DNA from: Polyangiaceae bacterium
Lineage (GTDB): Bacteria; Myxococcota_A; Polyangia; Polyangiales; Polyangiaceae
Length of the DNA: 64,000 nucleotides
Direction of reading: 5' to 3'
Assembly (NCBI GenBank): GCA_965222375.1
Contig: CBDCTZ010000016.1
Location: forward strand, 2,432,001-2,496,000
Shown here: positions 1-9,832 of the stretch, piece by piece
Position numbering within the stretch: the first letter of the stretch is position 1
Layout of the letters: every line of letters starts with the position of its first letter
Notes under the pieces: generated by a model
The model's input: the letters and a program-made list of their open reading frames with translations, nothing else
What the model was told of the DNA's origin: nothing
The model's database searches: none
Made by a program: the position numbers and the translations under genes

Positions 1-752
1 GCAAGAACTTGGTGCATTCCGTCGAGGCCAGCTTGCGCCGCTTGAAGACGGATGTGATCGACTTGCTCTGGGTGCACGCTTGGGACGACTACACCCCGTA
101 TCAAGAGACGATGCGTGCCCTAGATGACCTAGTGCGAACAGGCAAGGTGCTCTATGTCGGCGTGAGCGATGCGCCAGCGTGGGTCGTCTCCGCATCGAAC
201 GTCCTGGCAGAGCTGCGCGGCTGGACAGAGTTCGTCGGTCTGCAAATCGAATACAGCCTGCTGCAGCGAGCGCCAGAGCGCGACCTGTTGCCGATGGCGA
301 AACACTTTGGGCTGTCGGTATTGTGTTGGGGGCCTCTCGGCGCGGGTGTGCTGACCGGGAAGTACACACGCAAAGGCGCCGAGAACGACTCGCTGCGCAA
401 GACTGGGAACGAGCAGCGTGGGCGAACCTCCGAGAAGAGCCTCGCGGTTGCACGCGCCGTGGACGCCGTAGCTGACGAATTGGGAGTGACCTCGGCGCAG
501 GTCGCGAACGCCTGGGTGGCTAGCCAAGGCTACGAGTTCATTCCGATTGTAGGCGCCCGCAAGGTCTCTCAGATCGAGGACAGCCTGGGCAGTACCGAAG
601 TGAAGTTGAACGAGTCGCAACTGGCGACCCTGGACGAGGTCAGCAAGATAGAACTCGGCTTTCCCCACGATTTTCTCGCCGCCAGCGGCGTACGAGACCT
701 CGTGCGTGGCGAAATCCGCACTCGCATCGACGGTCGTCCAGCCCCGGACTGA
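1..752 (+). CDS. Aldo/keto reductase (5' end outside window)
   Basis: AKR motifs SLRRLKTDVIDLLWVH, GKVLYVGVSD, QIEYSLLQR, PIVGARKVSQIED; frame is open back to the window edge. Confidence 0.92.
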   Translation, partial: KNLVHSVEASLRRLKTDVIDLLWVHAWDDYTPYQETMRALDDLVRTGKVLYVGVSDAPAWVVSASNVLAELRGWTEFVGLQIEYSLLQRAPERDLLPMAKHFGLSVLCWGPLGAGVLTGKYTRKGAENDSLRKTGNEQRGRTSEKSLAVARAVDAVADELGVTSAQVANAWVASQGYEFIPIVGARKVSQIEDSLGSTEVKLNESQLATLDEVSKIELGFPHDFLAASGVRDLVRGEIRTRIDGRPAPD

Positions 753-778
753 GCTGTCGGTGCGAATGCAGCGGCGAA

Positions 779-1312
779 TCAACCGCCGTACTCGTTGGGA
801 GTGCCCCGAAACGGGCGCGACGGAATATTGATGATCTCTTCCGGGAAGTTGTCGACGATGAAGGCCAGCACGTCTCTCAGCGATACCAACTGAATGGGCT
901 TGCCTTCGTCGTTCAAGATCGGAACGTGCCGAAAGCCGCCGACCCGCATGGCGTTGAGCAAGTACGCGATCTGGTCATCCAGCATCAAGTGTTCTGGGTT
1001 CGGAGTCATGATGCTCGACACCGGTTGATCCATCACCGAGGTTTCCTTCGCGGTCACCTTGAGCAAGATGTCCCGCTCGGTGACGATCCCGATGAGCTTG
1101 TCGTTTTCCACCACGAGCAACGCGCCGATGCGTTTCGACTGCATTCGCTCGACCACCCCGGAGACATTTTCGGAAGGTGTCACCACTTCCAGCTCCCGAG
1201 TTTTGCCCAGGGCGTGGATCGGCTGCATGAACGCGTCCGACGTCAACATTTTCGGAGGGCGTGAGCGCTCCTCCAATATCTTCAGCTCCTCCTCGATGCT
1301 CTCGTCGTCCAT
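779..1312 (-). CDS. CBS domain-containing protein
   Basis: Tandem CBS motifs (IGALLVVENDKLIGIVTERDIL; FRHVPIL). Start set at ATG 1312 after a GAGGGAG RBS; the longer ORF upstream is repeat DNA. Confidence 0.85.
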   Translation of the reverse strand: MDDESIEEELKILEERSRPPKMLTSDAFMQPIHALGKTRELEVVTPSENVSGVVERMQSKRIGALLVVENDKLIGIVTERDILLKVTAKETSVMDQPVSSIMTPNPEHLMLDDQIAYLLNAMRVGGFRHVPILNDEGKPIQLVSLRDVLAFIVDNFPEEIINIPSRPFRGTPNEYGG

Positions 1313-1429
1313 ATCTCCCTCGATGGCTACACACAGCGCGGGCCTCCCCAGGTTTGGCGCTCCCCAACACCTAGCGCTCCCCGGCTGCCTGCCAAGCCTA
1401 GCACACGGCGCCGCTTGTTTTGATACCCC

Positions 1430-1610
1430 CGCGCTGGGTCGCGAAGCCGCGTGCGGCGTGCTCGGCGCACGCCGCGTGGCCCCTAACCCGCGCTCCGCGC
1501 GGCCGGGGCCACGACGACGATCGCGCTGGGTCGCGAAGCCGCGTGCGGCGTGCTCGGCGCACGCCGCGTGGCCCCTAACCCGCGCTCCGCGCGGCCGGGG
1601 CCACGACGAC
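1430..1610. repeat. Two tandem ~89-bp copies (period 92) of a palindromic REP-like intergenic unit
   Basis: Identical units at 1430-1518 and 1522-1610, each with stems GCGGCGTGC/GCACGCCGC and GTGGCCCC..CCGCGC/GCGCGG..GGGGCCAC. Confidence 0.9.
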
Positions 1611-1617
1611 AATTGGC

Positions 1618-2805
1618 TCACTGAAGCACGCCGACAAAAACGTCAGTCATGGATGCATGCTCGAAGGCGCCCGCCACGCTGTAGATGAATCCGCCATGTT
1701 CGGGGGTCTGGTGGGCGTGCGCGCGTGCCTTGGGGAGCGGCGCTTGGGTTTCCCAGGAGCTGAGGCCGCCATCGGCTTGGATGTGCGCGCGATATACAGC
1801 GTCCGTGTTCACGCCCAGCTGGCTCTGGCCGCTCACTCCACCAATCACGTACAAGGAGTCTGCGTGCACGACCGCCGAGTGAGTTGCCATCTCCGTCGGG
1901 AGTTCGCTGACCGTCTGCCAGGCGCTGAGGCTGCCATCGGCTTGGATCTCAGTTCGCCACACCGCGGCATAGGTCGTGTTGGCGCCAGCTGGATTGCCGC
2001 TCAAGCCGCCGATGCTGTAGAGCTTGTTGCCGTGGGCAATCGCCGCCTGATGGCTGCGCCTTTCCGGGTACGGAGTCACCTGCTGCCACGGACCCAGCTT
2101 GGAATCGGTCACCACGGCCATTTCCACCTCGGGGGTGCTGTCTTTGCCGTCGCCGGTCAGGCCGCCCAAGACATACACGAAGTTGCCCACGGCCGCGGTG
2201 GCGCCGTGGAAGCGAGACGTCGCCAGTTCCGGGCCCGCCTCCCAGTTTGTGATGGCACCGTCGTCGGCGACGACCGCCGTGCTGGTGTGAGTCGATGTGG
2301 CTGCTTTGCCAAAAGAATTCGCGCGCAGCCCCCCAGCGATCACCACGAATTGCCCCACGACGCCGACTCCGCCGCCGATCGCCGCCTCGTTCAGGTTGGA
2401 TGTGGCGTTCCAAGCGCCCACGGAGCCGTCTGCCGCCAACGCGCTGACCTCGGTGCTGGCGACCGGCGTCGACATGTCGCGGACTCCGCCACTCGCGTAC
2501 AGGAACGCGCCCTGAGGGGTCTCGACGATGAACGTCATGTGGTGATCCCGCGCGGCTTGAAGAGAGGGCGCGGGGTTCCAGGAGGTCACCGACGATTGGC
2601 AAGCTGCACCTGCGGGCTGACTGCCCGCGGGGCAGCTGCTTGCGCCAGCGGCGCCGCTCGAGCCAGCAGCTCCGGCGCTGCCGCCTATGCCCCCCTGGCC
2701 CCCGGTACTCGTGCCTCCGGTGCCCGGCTGCCCTTCGCTCGAAGACGAGCCGCAGCCAAAGAGCAGGCACGCAGCCGAACTGAACATTGCAAGTTCTCGA
2801 ATCAT
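1618..2805 (-). CDS. Kelch-repeat beta-propeller lipoprotein
   Basis: Lipobox LLFGC, Gly-rich linker, repeated (L/V)Y(V/S)xGG...W kelch blades; start may be 2805 or 2787. Confidence 0.8.
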   Translation of the reverse strand: MIRELAMFSSAACLLFGCGSSSSEGQPGTGGTSTGGQGGIGGSAGAAGSSGAAGASSCPAGSQPAGAACQSSVTSWNPAPSLQAARDHHMTFIVETPQGAFLYASGGVRDMSTPVASTEVSALAADGSVGAWNATSNLNEAAIGGGVGVVGQFVVIAGGLRANSFGKAATSTHTSTAVVADDGAITNWEAGPELATSRFHGATAAVGNFVYVLGGLTGDGKDSTPEVEMAVVTDSKLGPWQQVTPYPERRSHQAAIAHGNKLYSIGGLSGNPAGANTTYAAVWRTEIQADGSLSAWQTVSELPTEMATHSAVVHADSLYVIGGVSGQSQLGVNTDAVYRAHIQADGGLSSWETQAPLPKARAHAHQTPEHGGFIYSVAGAFEHASMTDVFVGVLQ

Positions 2806-2819
2806 GGCGCGGCGCAACC

Positions 2820-2834
2820 GCAATCGGTGTGCCA
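2820..2834 (-). promoter_or_regulatory. sigma54 (-24/-12) promoter for the kelch gene
   Basis: Minus strand reads TGGCAC-ACCGA-TTGC, an exact TGGCAC-N5-TTGC match, just upstream of the start. Confidence 0.6.
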
Positions 2835-2923
2835 ACGCGCGACAGGTCCGAACGCGCCTTGATTACACCTGAATTACGCGGGCCGTCAGTGACCGCACGC
2901 ATGCTGTGTGAAAGTTCGCACGC

Positions 2924-3577
2924 TCAGTCCGTGTGGCGGCGTCGGGGTAAGGTTGCGCTGCGCGCCCAGAGTTCGTGCATGGTGTAGACGAGCAAGCCCG
3001 ACGCCGCCCCGAACAGATGTGCCTCGGCTAGCAGCTTCACGCCAGGGCCGAGGTCCGGCGCCAGGATGGCGGAACCCACCGCGAATTCGTAGACGGTCTT
3101 GAAAACGTGGCCGGCTGCAAAGACGCCGATCAGGGCTCGGGAGTAGGGCAACTCGGCCACGCGCTTCGAGCGCCAGAGCACGCAGAGCAAAACCGTGGCA
3201 AGGGAAACGTCGATGGCGGAGAGGCCCGCATAGTGATTCACGTGGGGAGCCAAGACGAGGACGCAGAGCCCGACCACGAAGCACGAAACGAAAACGGTAG
3301 CGGCAAAGAGCCGCCGGCTGACGGCCTCGATCACCAGGCCCCAACCGAAGAACGCGACGATGTCGCCCACCGCGTGAGCGCTTCCGTAATGCACGAAGTG
3401 CCCCGACAGCACCCGCCACCACTCTCCCAGCCAGACCGCCTCGCGATCGAGCTCCAGTGCTCGCGAGGAACCCGCGAGCACTGCGAAGCAGGTCAACAAG
3501 GCGGTCAGCCACGGACCGCGGCGCACAAGCGCCGCGGTCCAAGTCCGATCAAGGGGCTTGATCGAGGCGGTCATCAT
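2924..3577 (-). CDS. rrtA: Rhombosortase (rhomboid-family protease)
   Basis: GEWWRVLSGHFVH, YAGLSA (catalytic Ser), EAHLFGA (catalytic His), multiple TM helices; ATGA overlap with the upstream VIT-vWA gene. Confidence 0.8.
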   Translation of the reverse strand: MMTASIKPLDRTWTAALVRRGPWLTALLTCFAVLAGSSRALELDREAVWLGEWWRVLSGHFVHYGSAHAVGDIVAFFGWGLVIEAVSRRLFAATVFVSCFVVGLCVLVLAPHVNHYAGLSAIDVSLATVLLCVLWRSKRVAELPYSRALIGVFAAGHVFKTVYEFAVGSAILAPDLGPGVKLLAEAHLFGAASGLLVYTMHELWARSATLPRRRHTD

Positions 3578-5529
3578 CGTGTGCCGTCTCGCCTCCGCCG
3601 CACCAACACCAGAAGTCCGAGGCCGAAGCCGAGGGCGATGAACATGCCCAGGTGTCCGACTCCGATGGCGCCAGCGTAGTCATCACTGCCGCCGTATCCG
3701 GAGCCGGAGCCCCCGGAGTAGCCACTGCCGCTTTCCAGGCCGCTGCGTTCCTCGTTTAGGCGCTCCACGCCGAGCTCCTCGAAGGTTTTGTCGTCGACGA
3801 CAATCATCGCCGTGTAGTCCGTGACCAATTGATACTCCACGCCCAGCTTGACGATCTTGGTCTTGGCTTCGTTCTTGGAGATCAGGCCCAACAGCGCCTG
3901 CTTTTCGATGGCGTGGATCATGTCCAAGGCCCATAGACGTTCGATTTCCGCATTCTCCGTATCGACGGCGGGCAGGTGCACGTTCTGGGTGATCACTTCG
4001 CTCTTGGCAAGGGTCTTTGCCTGCAGGGTCAGTGTGGCGTTGCCCGGCTGATCGTAGCGACCGAAGACAATCAGTTGCTGCCCCTTGTAGACCTTGGTCA
4101 GGCGAAAGTCCGTCGTCTCGGAGACTCCTGCGCCGCTGACCCCGATCTTCACGTCGTGCAAGGCCTCGTGCTTGGCCTTGTTGAACGCCAGCTGTACCTG
4201 ACCCAGGATGTCGTCTCGATTGGAAACCTGGGAGTAGAAGCCACCCGAGGCCTCGCTCACGATCTCCATCAACGGCCAGTTGGCGTTGTTGCCCATCAGC
4301 ATGCCATAGATACGGACGTCGCTTTTTCGCACCAGCTTGTCGAATTCGATCGGCTCGATGACGCCGGTATTTGTTTCTGCGTCGGTGACCAGGAACGTCG
4401 ACACCACGCGATCCGTATCCAGACCGCTGAGCCCTTCGCTCAGCCCCAAATACAGATTGGTCCCGCCGCGGTCGTGGAGCTTGCCGACTTCGTTGGCGAC
4501 ATCCGAGATGTTCTCCGGGGTCGCGGTTCGATACCCGCCGCTGACGTCGATGGTGCTCGTGTCGAAGGCGACCACGCGGAAACGGTCTTCGGGGCTGAGC
4601 TTTTGCAGGGATTCCGTCACCGCTTGTTTCAGGGAGCTGAGCTTGCCCGCCATGCTTCCGGAAATGTCGAGCACGAAGACGTAGTCGCTGCCGTGAGTGA
4701 TCGGCTGCAGATCGATGCCCGGCGTGTAGACCATCATGAAGGTACCGCGGCCGCCCGCTTCGGGTCGGTAGCGGACCAATTCGAGCCGCCTCGGCTGGTC
4801 GTTGGGAAAGCGGTAGTAGAAGACCAAGTCCTCACTGAGCGTCTTTTGGACCACTTCCAATCCGATCTTGTAATGCCCTTCGGCGAGCTTCGTCACCGTT
4901 GGGGCATGACCGGGCATGCGAACCTCTTCGACGGGCATGGCACTCTTCAACTCGAGGTCGAAGCGGAAGGTGCCGGTCACGGATTCTTGTCCCTCCCAGA
5001 ACGATGCGGCAGTCCCGCCGTCCTCGAGGGGGTAGAGGTAGCGTCCAACTGCGTCATCGATGGAGAGAGGCTCGTAGTAGACGAAGCTCATCGTCGCCTG
5101 AGAGTCCGCGGGAATGTTTGCCACCGAGAACCGGAAGTTCTGATGCCCGTCTTTGGTGGCGAGCCCCGCCTGGTTCCCGGACTTTTTCTGATCGTCGTAG
5201 AGCTTCTGTGCTTCTTCTCGTGCAAGTACCTCTCCGTTCATCACACGATCGCCCACCTTGATCTGCATCTGGGAAAGAGCGGCGTCTTGGGGGATCGGGA
5301 ACTCGTAGATGGCGTCGATGGGCGAGGTGCTCGAGTTCTTGAAGACTTGAGTCACCTGAGTTCGGGCGAAACCGTTGTTGAGCAGCACGCTCACGTGGTG
5401 ATCCACGATCTGGGCGTACTTCCCAGTGGCTGGGTCCTTGAGCGTGCCGGCGGCTTGGGCCACCGTCGGGCGCACTACGAGCATCGCGATCGCCGCCATG
5501 AGGGCGATCCCCAGGGTCTTCCACCTCAT
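3574..5529 (-). CDS. VIT and vWA domain protein with C-terminal Gly-rich/TM/Arg-rich sorting signal
   Basis: Signal peptide, VIT domain (AIYEFPIP), MIDAS DISGS, tail GGSGSGYGGSDDYAGA-TM-RRRR; AAGGAGGA RBS. Confidence 0.9.
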   Translation of the reverse strand: MRWKTLGIALMAAIAMLVVRPTVAQAAGTLKDPATGKYAQIVDHHVSVLLNNGFARTQVTQVFKNSSTSPIDAIYEFPIPQDAALSQMQIKVGDRVMNGEVLAREEAQKLYDDQKKSGNQAGLATKDGHQNFRFSVANIPADSQATMSFVYYEPLSIDDAVGRYLYPLEDGGTAASFWEGQESVTGTFRFDLELKSAMPVEEVRMPGHAPTVTKLAEGHYKIGLEVVQKTLSEDLVFYYRFPNDQPRRLELVRYRPEAGGRGTFMMVYTPGIDLQPITHGSDYVFVLDISGSMAGKLSSLKQAVTESLQKLSPEDRFRVVAFDTSTIDVSGGYRTATPENISDVANEVGKLHDRGGTNLYLGLSEGLSGLDTDRVVSTFLVTDAETNTGVIEPIEFDKLVRKSDVRIYGMLMGNNANWPLMEIVSEASGGFYSQVSNRDDILGQVQLAFNKAKHEALHDVKIGVSGAGVSETTDFRLTKVYKGQQLIVFGRYDQPGNATLTLQAKTLAKSEVITQNVHLPAVDTENAEIERLWALDMIHAIEKQALLGLISKNEAKTKIVKLGVEYQLVTDYTAMIVVDDKTFEELGVERLNEERSGLESGSGYSGGSGSGYGGSDDYAGAIGVGHLGMFIALGFGLGLLVLVRRRRDGTR

Positions 5530-5563
5530 TTGTCCTCCTTTGGAACTGGTTCAACCAGCCAAA

Positions 5564-5578
5564 GCAGGCTTCGTGCCG
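5564..5578 (-). promoter_or_regulatory. Possible sigma54 promoter for the VIT-vWA/rhombosortase operon
   Basis: CGGCAC-GAAGC-CTGC on the minus strand with correct GG-N10-GC spacing, about 35 bp upstream of the ATG. Confidence 0.45.
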
Positions 5579-5741
5579 GCCTTGTGCCCTGGCGTGGTGC
5601 CGCGAGGCAACTCCATGAAATTCCACGAAACTCTCCGAGAAACCTGGCCCGTGCCTTGTCGCCACGCTTCGGTCATCCGTGAGTCGTGGGCAACACTGTG
5701 CGCACCAGTCATGCCTCAGCTGCGAAACTGGCGACGCGGTT

Positions 5742-6074
5742 ATGAAGCACCCTAACTGTTTCACCGAAGATGCGGTTATCGACTACGAGGGGCGAACCCT
5801 CGAGCTGAGCCTGAAAGAACAGAAAGCACTGCTTGGGGGTAGCGCCCACTTCCACAGCGCAAGGGACCCGACGACCTGGCTCTCCGTGGCGGTGTTCAAT
5901 GCCGTAACCCGCAAGTATCGGGATGTCCCCCAGACTGTGGTGCTCGATCTGTCGGCTTTGGCTTTGGGTATCGATCGCGCGGCCCTCATCAGTCGTATTC
6001 GTTGGAATGAAAACTACATGCGCTGGCACGACGGGGTCCCGTACTCGGTCCTGGACGACTCCATTGCCGAATAG
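5742..6074 (+). CDS. Hypothetical protein
   Basis: Protein-like 110-aa ORF filling the gap; no recognisable motif. Confidence 0.5.
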   Translation: MKHPNCFTEDAVIDYEGRTLELSLKEQKALLGGSAHFHSARDPTTWLSVAVFNAVTRKYRDVPQTVVLDLSALALGIDRAALISRIRWNENYMRWHDGVPYSVLDDSIAE

Positions 6075-6116
6075 CGGTCGCGGCAAATCTACCGCTTCCA
6101 GGTTGTGGAGTCGGCT

Positions 6117-6713
6117 ATGTTGAGGGGCATGGCGGGCGTCGACCTGGAAGCCTTGGGCCAGGTCTCGGTCACCACGATGGCCGGAGATGGCGTGGCGCTG
6201 TCGACTCTGTTTTCGGGCAAGCCCTGCTTGCTCATCTTCTTGCGCCACTTCGGATGCGTGGCGTGCGCGGAGCAAGTGACCCAGCTTTCTCCTCGCCTCC
6301 GAGAGCTCGACCAACTCGGAGTAGGCGTCATCTTCATCGGCAATGGTGAGAAGCGCTATATGGAAGCCTTCGTGCAGCGCCACGCACTGTCCGACAAGAG
6401 CGTGCAAGTTGTGTCCGACGTCAGCCTGTCCAGCTTTCGCGTTGCGGGGTTGATGCGCTCATGGTGGTCGGTGTTCGGCCCGCGGGCGTTGTATGGGGAA
6501 ATGCGCGCACGGGGCCAGGGCCATCAGTTCCAGGGAATCGAGGGCGACGGCCTGCAGCAAGGCGGCGCGCTCTTGCTCGATTCCAAGGCCTCGGTGCTGC
6601 TTCACTACAAAAACCGCGCCACAGGAGACTTCGTCGATCCAAACGCAATCCTCGGCGAGGCCCTCAAGTTTCGGGCGCGGGTCGGTCGGAGCAAGGGCGC
6701 CGTCGTGGCGTGA
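6117..6713 (+). CDS. Peroxiredoxin-like (AhpC/TSA-2) protein
   Basis: FLRHFGCVAC (CxxC) and GDGLQQGGALL motifs; start 6117 or 6129. Confidence 0.8.
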   Translation: MLRGMAGVDLEALGQVSVTTMAGDGVALSTLFSGKPCLLIFLRHFGCVACAEQVTQLSPRLRELDQLGVGVIFIGNGEKRYMEAFVQRHALSDKSVQVVSDVSLSSFRVAGLMRSWWSVFGPRALYGEMRARGQGHQFQGIEGDGLQQGGALLLDSKASVLLHYKNRATGDFVDPNAILGEALKFRARVGRSKGAVVA

Positions 6714-6740
6714 GCGGGTGTTTCTCGAAACGAGAGAGCC

Positions 6741-7367
6741 ATGAACTATTTCGTGCATATCGCCAACGTGCTGTTTCTCGCCTCCTACTTGGTGCGAGAC
6801 ATCCTCTGGTTGCGGTTTCTGACCATTGTCGCGGGTAGTGCGCTGCTGCCGTACTACTTTGCGAACGAGCTGTACGCCCCGATTGCGTGGAACGCGGTGT
6901 TCATTGCCATCAACATCGCTCAGGTACGCGTGCTGTTGCTCGAGCGGCGCCCTGTGCGCATGACCGAGCAGCAGGAACGGATCTATCAGACGGTGTTTCG
7001 CGCGCTGCGGCCGCGGGAGTTCATGAAGCTTTTCGAGCTGGCGCAGCCGCGCAACGTGCCGGATGGGCAGCAGTTGGTGGCCCAGGGCGAGGCACTAGAT
7101 TGCTTGCTCTTGGTCGAAGAAGGCAACACGGCGGTTCAAGTTGACGGCCGCGTCGTTGCGGAGGTCGGTCCTGGCCGCTTCGTGGGCGAGATGAGCTATC
7201 TGACCGGCGACCAGGCTTCGGCGAGTGTTTCCGCCAGCGGCGAGGTGCAGGTCTTCGAATGGCCCCGGGATAAGTTGGAGCAATTCCTGGACAAACATCC
7301 GGACATCAAGAGTGCGCTGCAGTTGGTGATCGGTACGGACCTAGCGTCCAAGCTCAAGACCGCTTGA
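6741..7367 (+). CDS. Popeye-like membrane protein with cyclic-nucleotide-binding domain
   Basis: Three N-terminal TM segments (DILWLRFL, IAWNAVFIAIN) then a cNMP fold with FVGEMSYL. Confidence 0.8.
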   Translation: MNYFVHIANVLFLASYLVRDILWLRFLTIVAGSALLPYYFANELYAPIAWNAVFIAINIAQVRVLLLERRPVRMTEQQERIYQTVFRALRPREFMKLFELAQPRNVPDGQQLVAQGEALDCLLLVEEGNTAVQVDGRVVAEVGPGRFVGEMSYLTGDQASASVSASGEVQVFEWPRDKLEQFLDKHPDIKSALQLVIGTDLASKLKTA

Positions 7368-7507
7368 GCTCACGTGCCGGGCGATAGCGCGCGGCCCAAG
7401 GCGAGAGTAGCGGCCCAACGCCGCCCCAGCACCCCGTCGGGTACCACGAAGCGCGTCGCTCGACCCAAAAAAAAACAAATAGCTGCGGCCTGTGGCACAA
7501 TGGCTCG

Positions 7508-8833
7508 ATGCGATCTGGCCTCGGCATTGTGTTGCTTTCTTGCTGCATTGTCAGCTGTGGCTCTGACGATTCTGAGGGCGGTGGATCCGGCGCGGTGTCT
7601 GGAAGCGGCGGGAACTCGGGTGGCAGTGGCGGCGCTGGTGCGAGCGGTGGCAGCTCCGGCGGCGCAGCGGGCAGTGGCGCCGTGGCTGGGAGCGGAGGCA
7701 ACGCTGCAGCAGCGGGCGCGGGCGGTAGTGGCGGCGGAGCTACTTGGCCCGAGGGCAAAGTGCGCTACGTCGAGCGCACGTCGCCCCCAGACGATCCCTT
7801 TCTCAAAGATCCGGGCAAGTGGGCGAATTGGTATTCGACGCACCACTTCCGCATGATCGTGTTCAGTCCGTTCTTCGACGACAAACTGAGCTGGTACCCC
7901 AACGGTTGGGACTACTTCGATCTCTATGCGATCAAACCTGGCGACAGCATCTTTGCGCAACACCCGGAATGGGTGCTGAAAGATGCTCAGGGCAAGATGT
8001 TGTACATCCCTTGGGGATGCTCCGGCGGCACTTGCCCGCAATTCGCCGGGGACATCTCGAGTTCGGCGTTTCGGAGTTGGTGGATCGGTGAAGCCAAGAC
8101 TCTGATCAACACCAAGGGCTACAAGGGGCTCTGGGTAGACGACGTCAACTTGGACTTCCGGGTTGGGGATGGCAACGGCACACATGTACCGCCAATCGAT
8201 CCGAACACCGGATTGGCCATGACCGAAGATAACTGGCGCAAGTACATGGCCGAATTCGTGACTGAGATCCGCACAGCCCTACCGGGTGCGGAGATCGCGC
8301 ACAACTCGATCTGGTACGCGGGCGGCAGCGCCCGACACAACCATCCGTCGATCCAAAAGCAGATCCAGGCTGCGGACTACTTGAACATCGAGTTCGGCTT
8401 CATCGACAAGGGCATCACCGGTGGCAGTGGAAGCTTTTCGCTCACTGCCATGCGCGGCTACATCGCGGACGTGCACAAGCTTTCTCGCGCCGTCGTCATC
8501 GAGGGGTTCGGGAAGACTCCGGAAGATCTGGAGTACTCCCTGGCGAACTACCTTTTGATCAACAACGGTCGCGATGCCCTCGGGCATCAGGATGGCGCCA
8601 CGCCATCCAATTGGTGGGTGGGCAACGACGTGGATCTGGGCAAGGCCCAGGGGCCGCATACGACTTGGCAGGGCCTCGAGCGCAGGGACTTCGACGGCGG
8701 CATGGTGCTGGTCAACGAGCCAGGCGCGGCGCCGGTCACCGCGACCCTGCCTGGGAGCTTCAAGGCTCTGAACGGCTCGCCAGTGACCTCGGTGACTCTC
8801 GGGCCAAAACGCGGCGCGGTGTTGCGCAAATAG
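7508..8833 (+). CDS. Lipoprotein, putative glycoside hydrolase (GHL15-like)
   Basis: Lipobox, Gly linker, HPEWVLKDAQG, FRSWW, GYKGLWVDDVN, RRDFDGGMVLVNEP. Confidence 0.6.
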   Translation: MRSGLGIVLLSCCIVSCGSDDSEGGGSGAVSGSGGNSGGSGGAGASGGSSGGAAGSGAVAGSGGNAAAAGAGGSGGGATWPEGKVRYVERTSPPDDPFLKDPGKWANWYSTHHFRMIVFSPFFDDKLSWYPNGWDYFDLYAIKPGDSIFAQHPEWVLKDAQGKMLYIPWGCSGGTCPQFAGDISSSAFRSWWIGEAKTLINTKGYKGLWVDDVNLDFRVGDGNGTHVPPIDPNTGLAMTEDNWRKYMAEFVTEIRTALPGAEIAHNSIWYAGGSARHNHPSIQKQIQAADYLNIEFGFIDKGITGGSGSFSLTAMRGYIADVHKLSRAVVIEGFGKTPEDLEYSLANYLLINNGRDALGHQDGATPSNWWVGNDVDLGKAQGPHTTWQGLERRDFDGGMVLVNEPGAAPVTATLPGSFKALNGSPVTSVTLGPKRGAVLRK

Positions 8834-8975
8834 CTCCCGGCCGGATGGAGGGGCATGACCTGCCGCCGGAGGGGGGCGGCGCCAGCCACGCTAGTGAGGT
8901 TTCCCCTACAAAGCAGGTCGTTCCCACCAGGCACGCGTCTTGTACAGTGGCTCTGACAAGATGGGAGCGGCTGAG

Positions 8976-9800
8976 ATGATCAAAGCGATGATGAGCGTGG
9001 CATTGGTTGGAGTGATGGCCAGCGGGTGTGCGCCCGCGAGATCGGCTGCGGACATGCAGTCCGACAATCCCTTGGGCCCGTCGTTTTGGTTGATTCCGAC
9101 GCCAAGCTCGGACGAATCCTTGCTGGGACGTAGCTTTCACAAACCGCCGGACACGGCACTGTCGTTGGAGGAACAGTCGCAACCCAACCCTTGTGGGGAG
9201 TTCCTTGCAGAGGCGACGAGCTCGGAGATGCCCAATCGCTATGAAAACGCCGTCGACGCAACGACGAGTGCCGGCGGTGGCGGCATGTTGGGTCTGTTTG
9301 GATTCAGCGCGGACGCCTCCCATGCGACGCACCTCGTGTACAAGGTCGCTACCAAGAAGAAGATGACCCGCATGGACACCCAAGAGTATGTGGACTGCTG
9401 CAAGACCAAAGATTGCGGTTGGGGCTACGTCAGTGCGCTGATCTACGGCTCCGGCGAGTACGCGAGCGCTACCCGCACCGATGTCGCCGCCGAGGGCAAC
9501 TACACCGTGTATTCAGCGGGCGCCTCGCACAGCTACCGTGCCATGAACAAGCGCAAGATCAGCGGCTACGTTGCGGCGGTGCTGACTGCTCACGATCGCT
9601 CCAAGTCCGTGCAGGCGTGCCCGCCGGGACATGAATGGGCAAAAATCGAGTGCGTCGAAAAGGGAGAAATCGAGTCCCAGCGGGCCAAGTGCCGGGGGCA
9701 GCGCAGTTCTGCTCTGGAACTCTTGGACGTCAAAGAGGTCGACGAGATGGTGAAGAAGAACGCCTGCGAGTGGCTCACGGAGCACGGGCAGAGCCAATGA
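8976..9800 (+). CDS. Hypothetical lipoprotein
   Basis: Lipobox MASGC, several paired Cys, protein-like composition. Confidence 0.7.
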   Translation: MIKAMMSVALVGVMASGCAPARSAADMQSDNPLGPSFWLIPTPSSDESLLGRSFHKPPDTALSLEEQSQPNPCGEFLAEATSSEMPNRYENAVDATTSAGGGGMLGLFGFSADASHATHLVYKVATKKKMTRMDTQEYVDCCKTKDCGWGYVSALIYGSGEYASATRTDVAAEGNYTVYSAGASHSYRAMNKRKISGYVAAVLTAHDRSKSVQACPPGHEWAKIECVEKGEIESQRAKCRGQRSSALELLDVKEVDEMVKKNACEWLTEHGQSQ

Positions 9801-9832
9801 GCACTAGCTGACATTTGCGCTATCATCCGCCC

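Noticed and set aside
1430..1610. CRISPR array
   Set aside because: Only two long adjacent units, no unique spacers and no cas genes.
1657..5682. Long plus-strand ORFs of 401 and 568 aa, and similar shadows elsewhere
   Set aside because: These are antisense open frames typical of high-GC codon bias, with no motifs.
6117..6713. Selenoprotein
   Set aside because: The redox motif is plain CxxC with no in-frame TGA.
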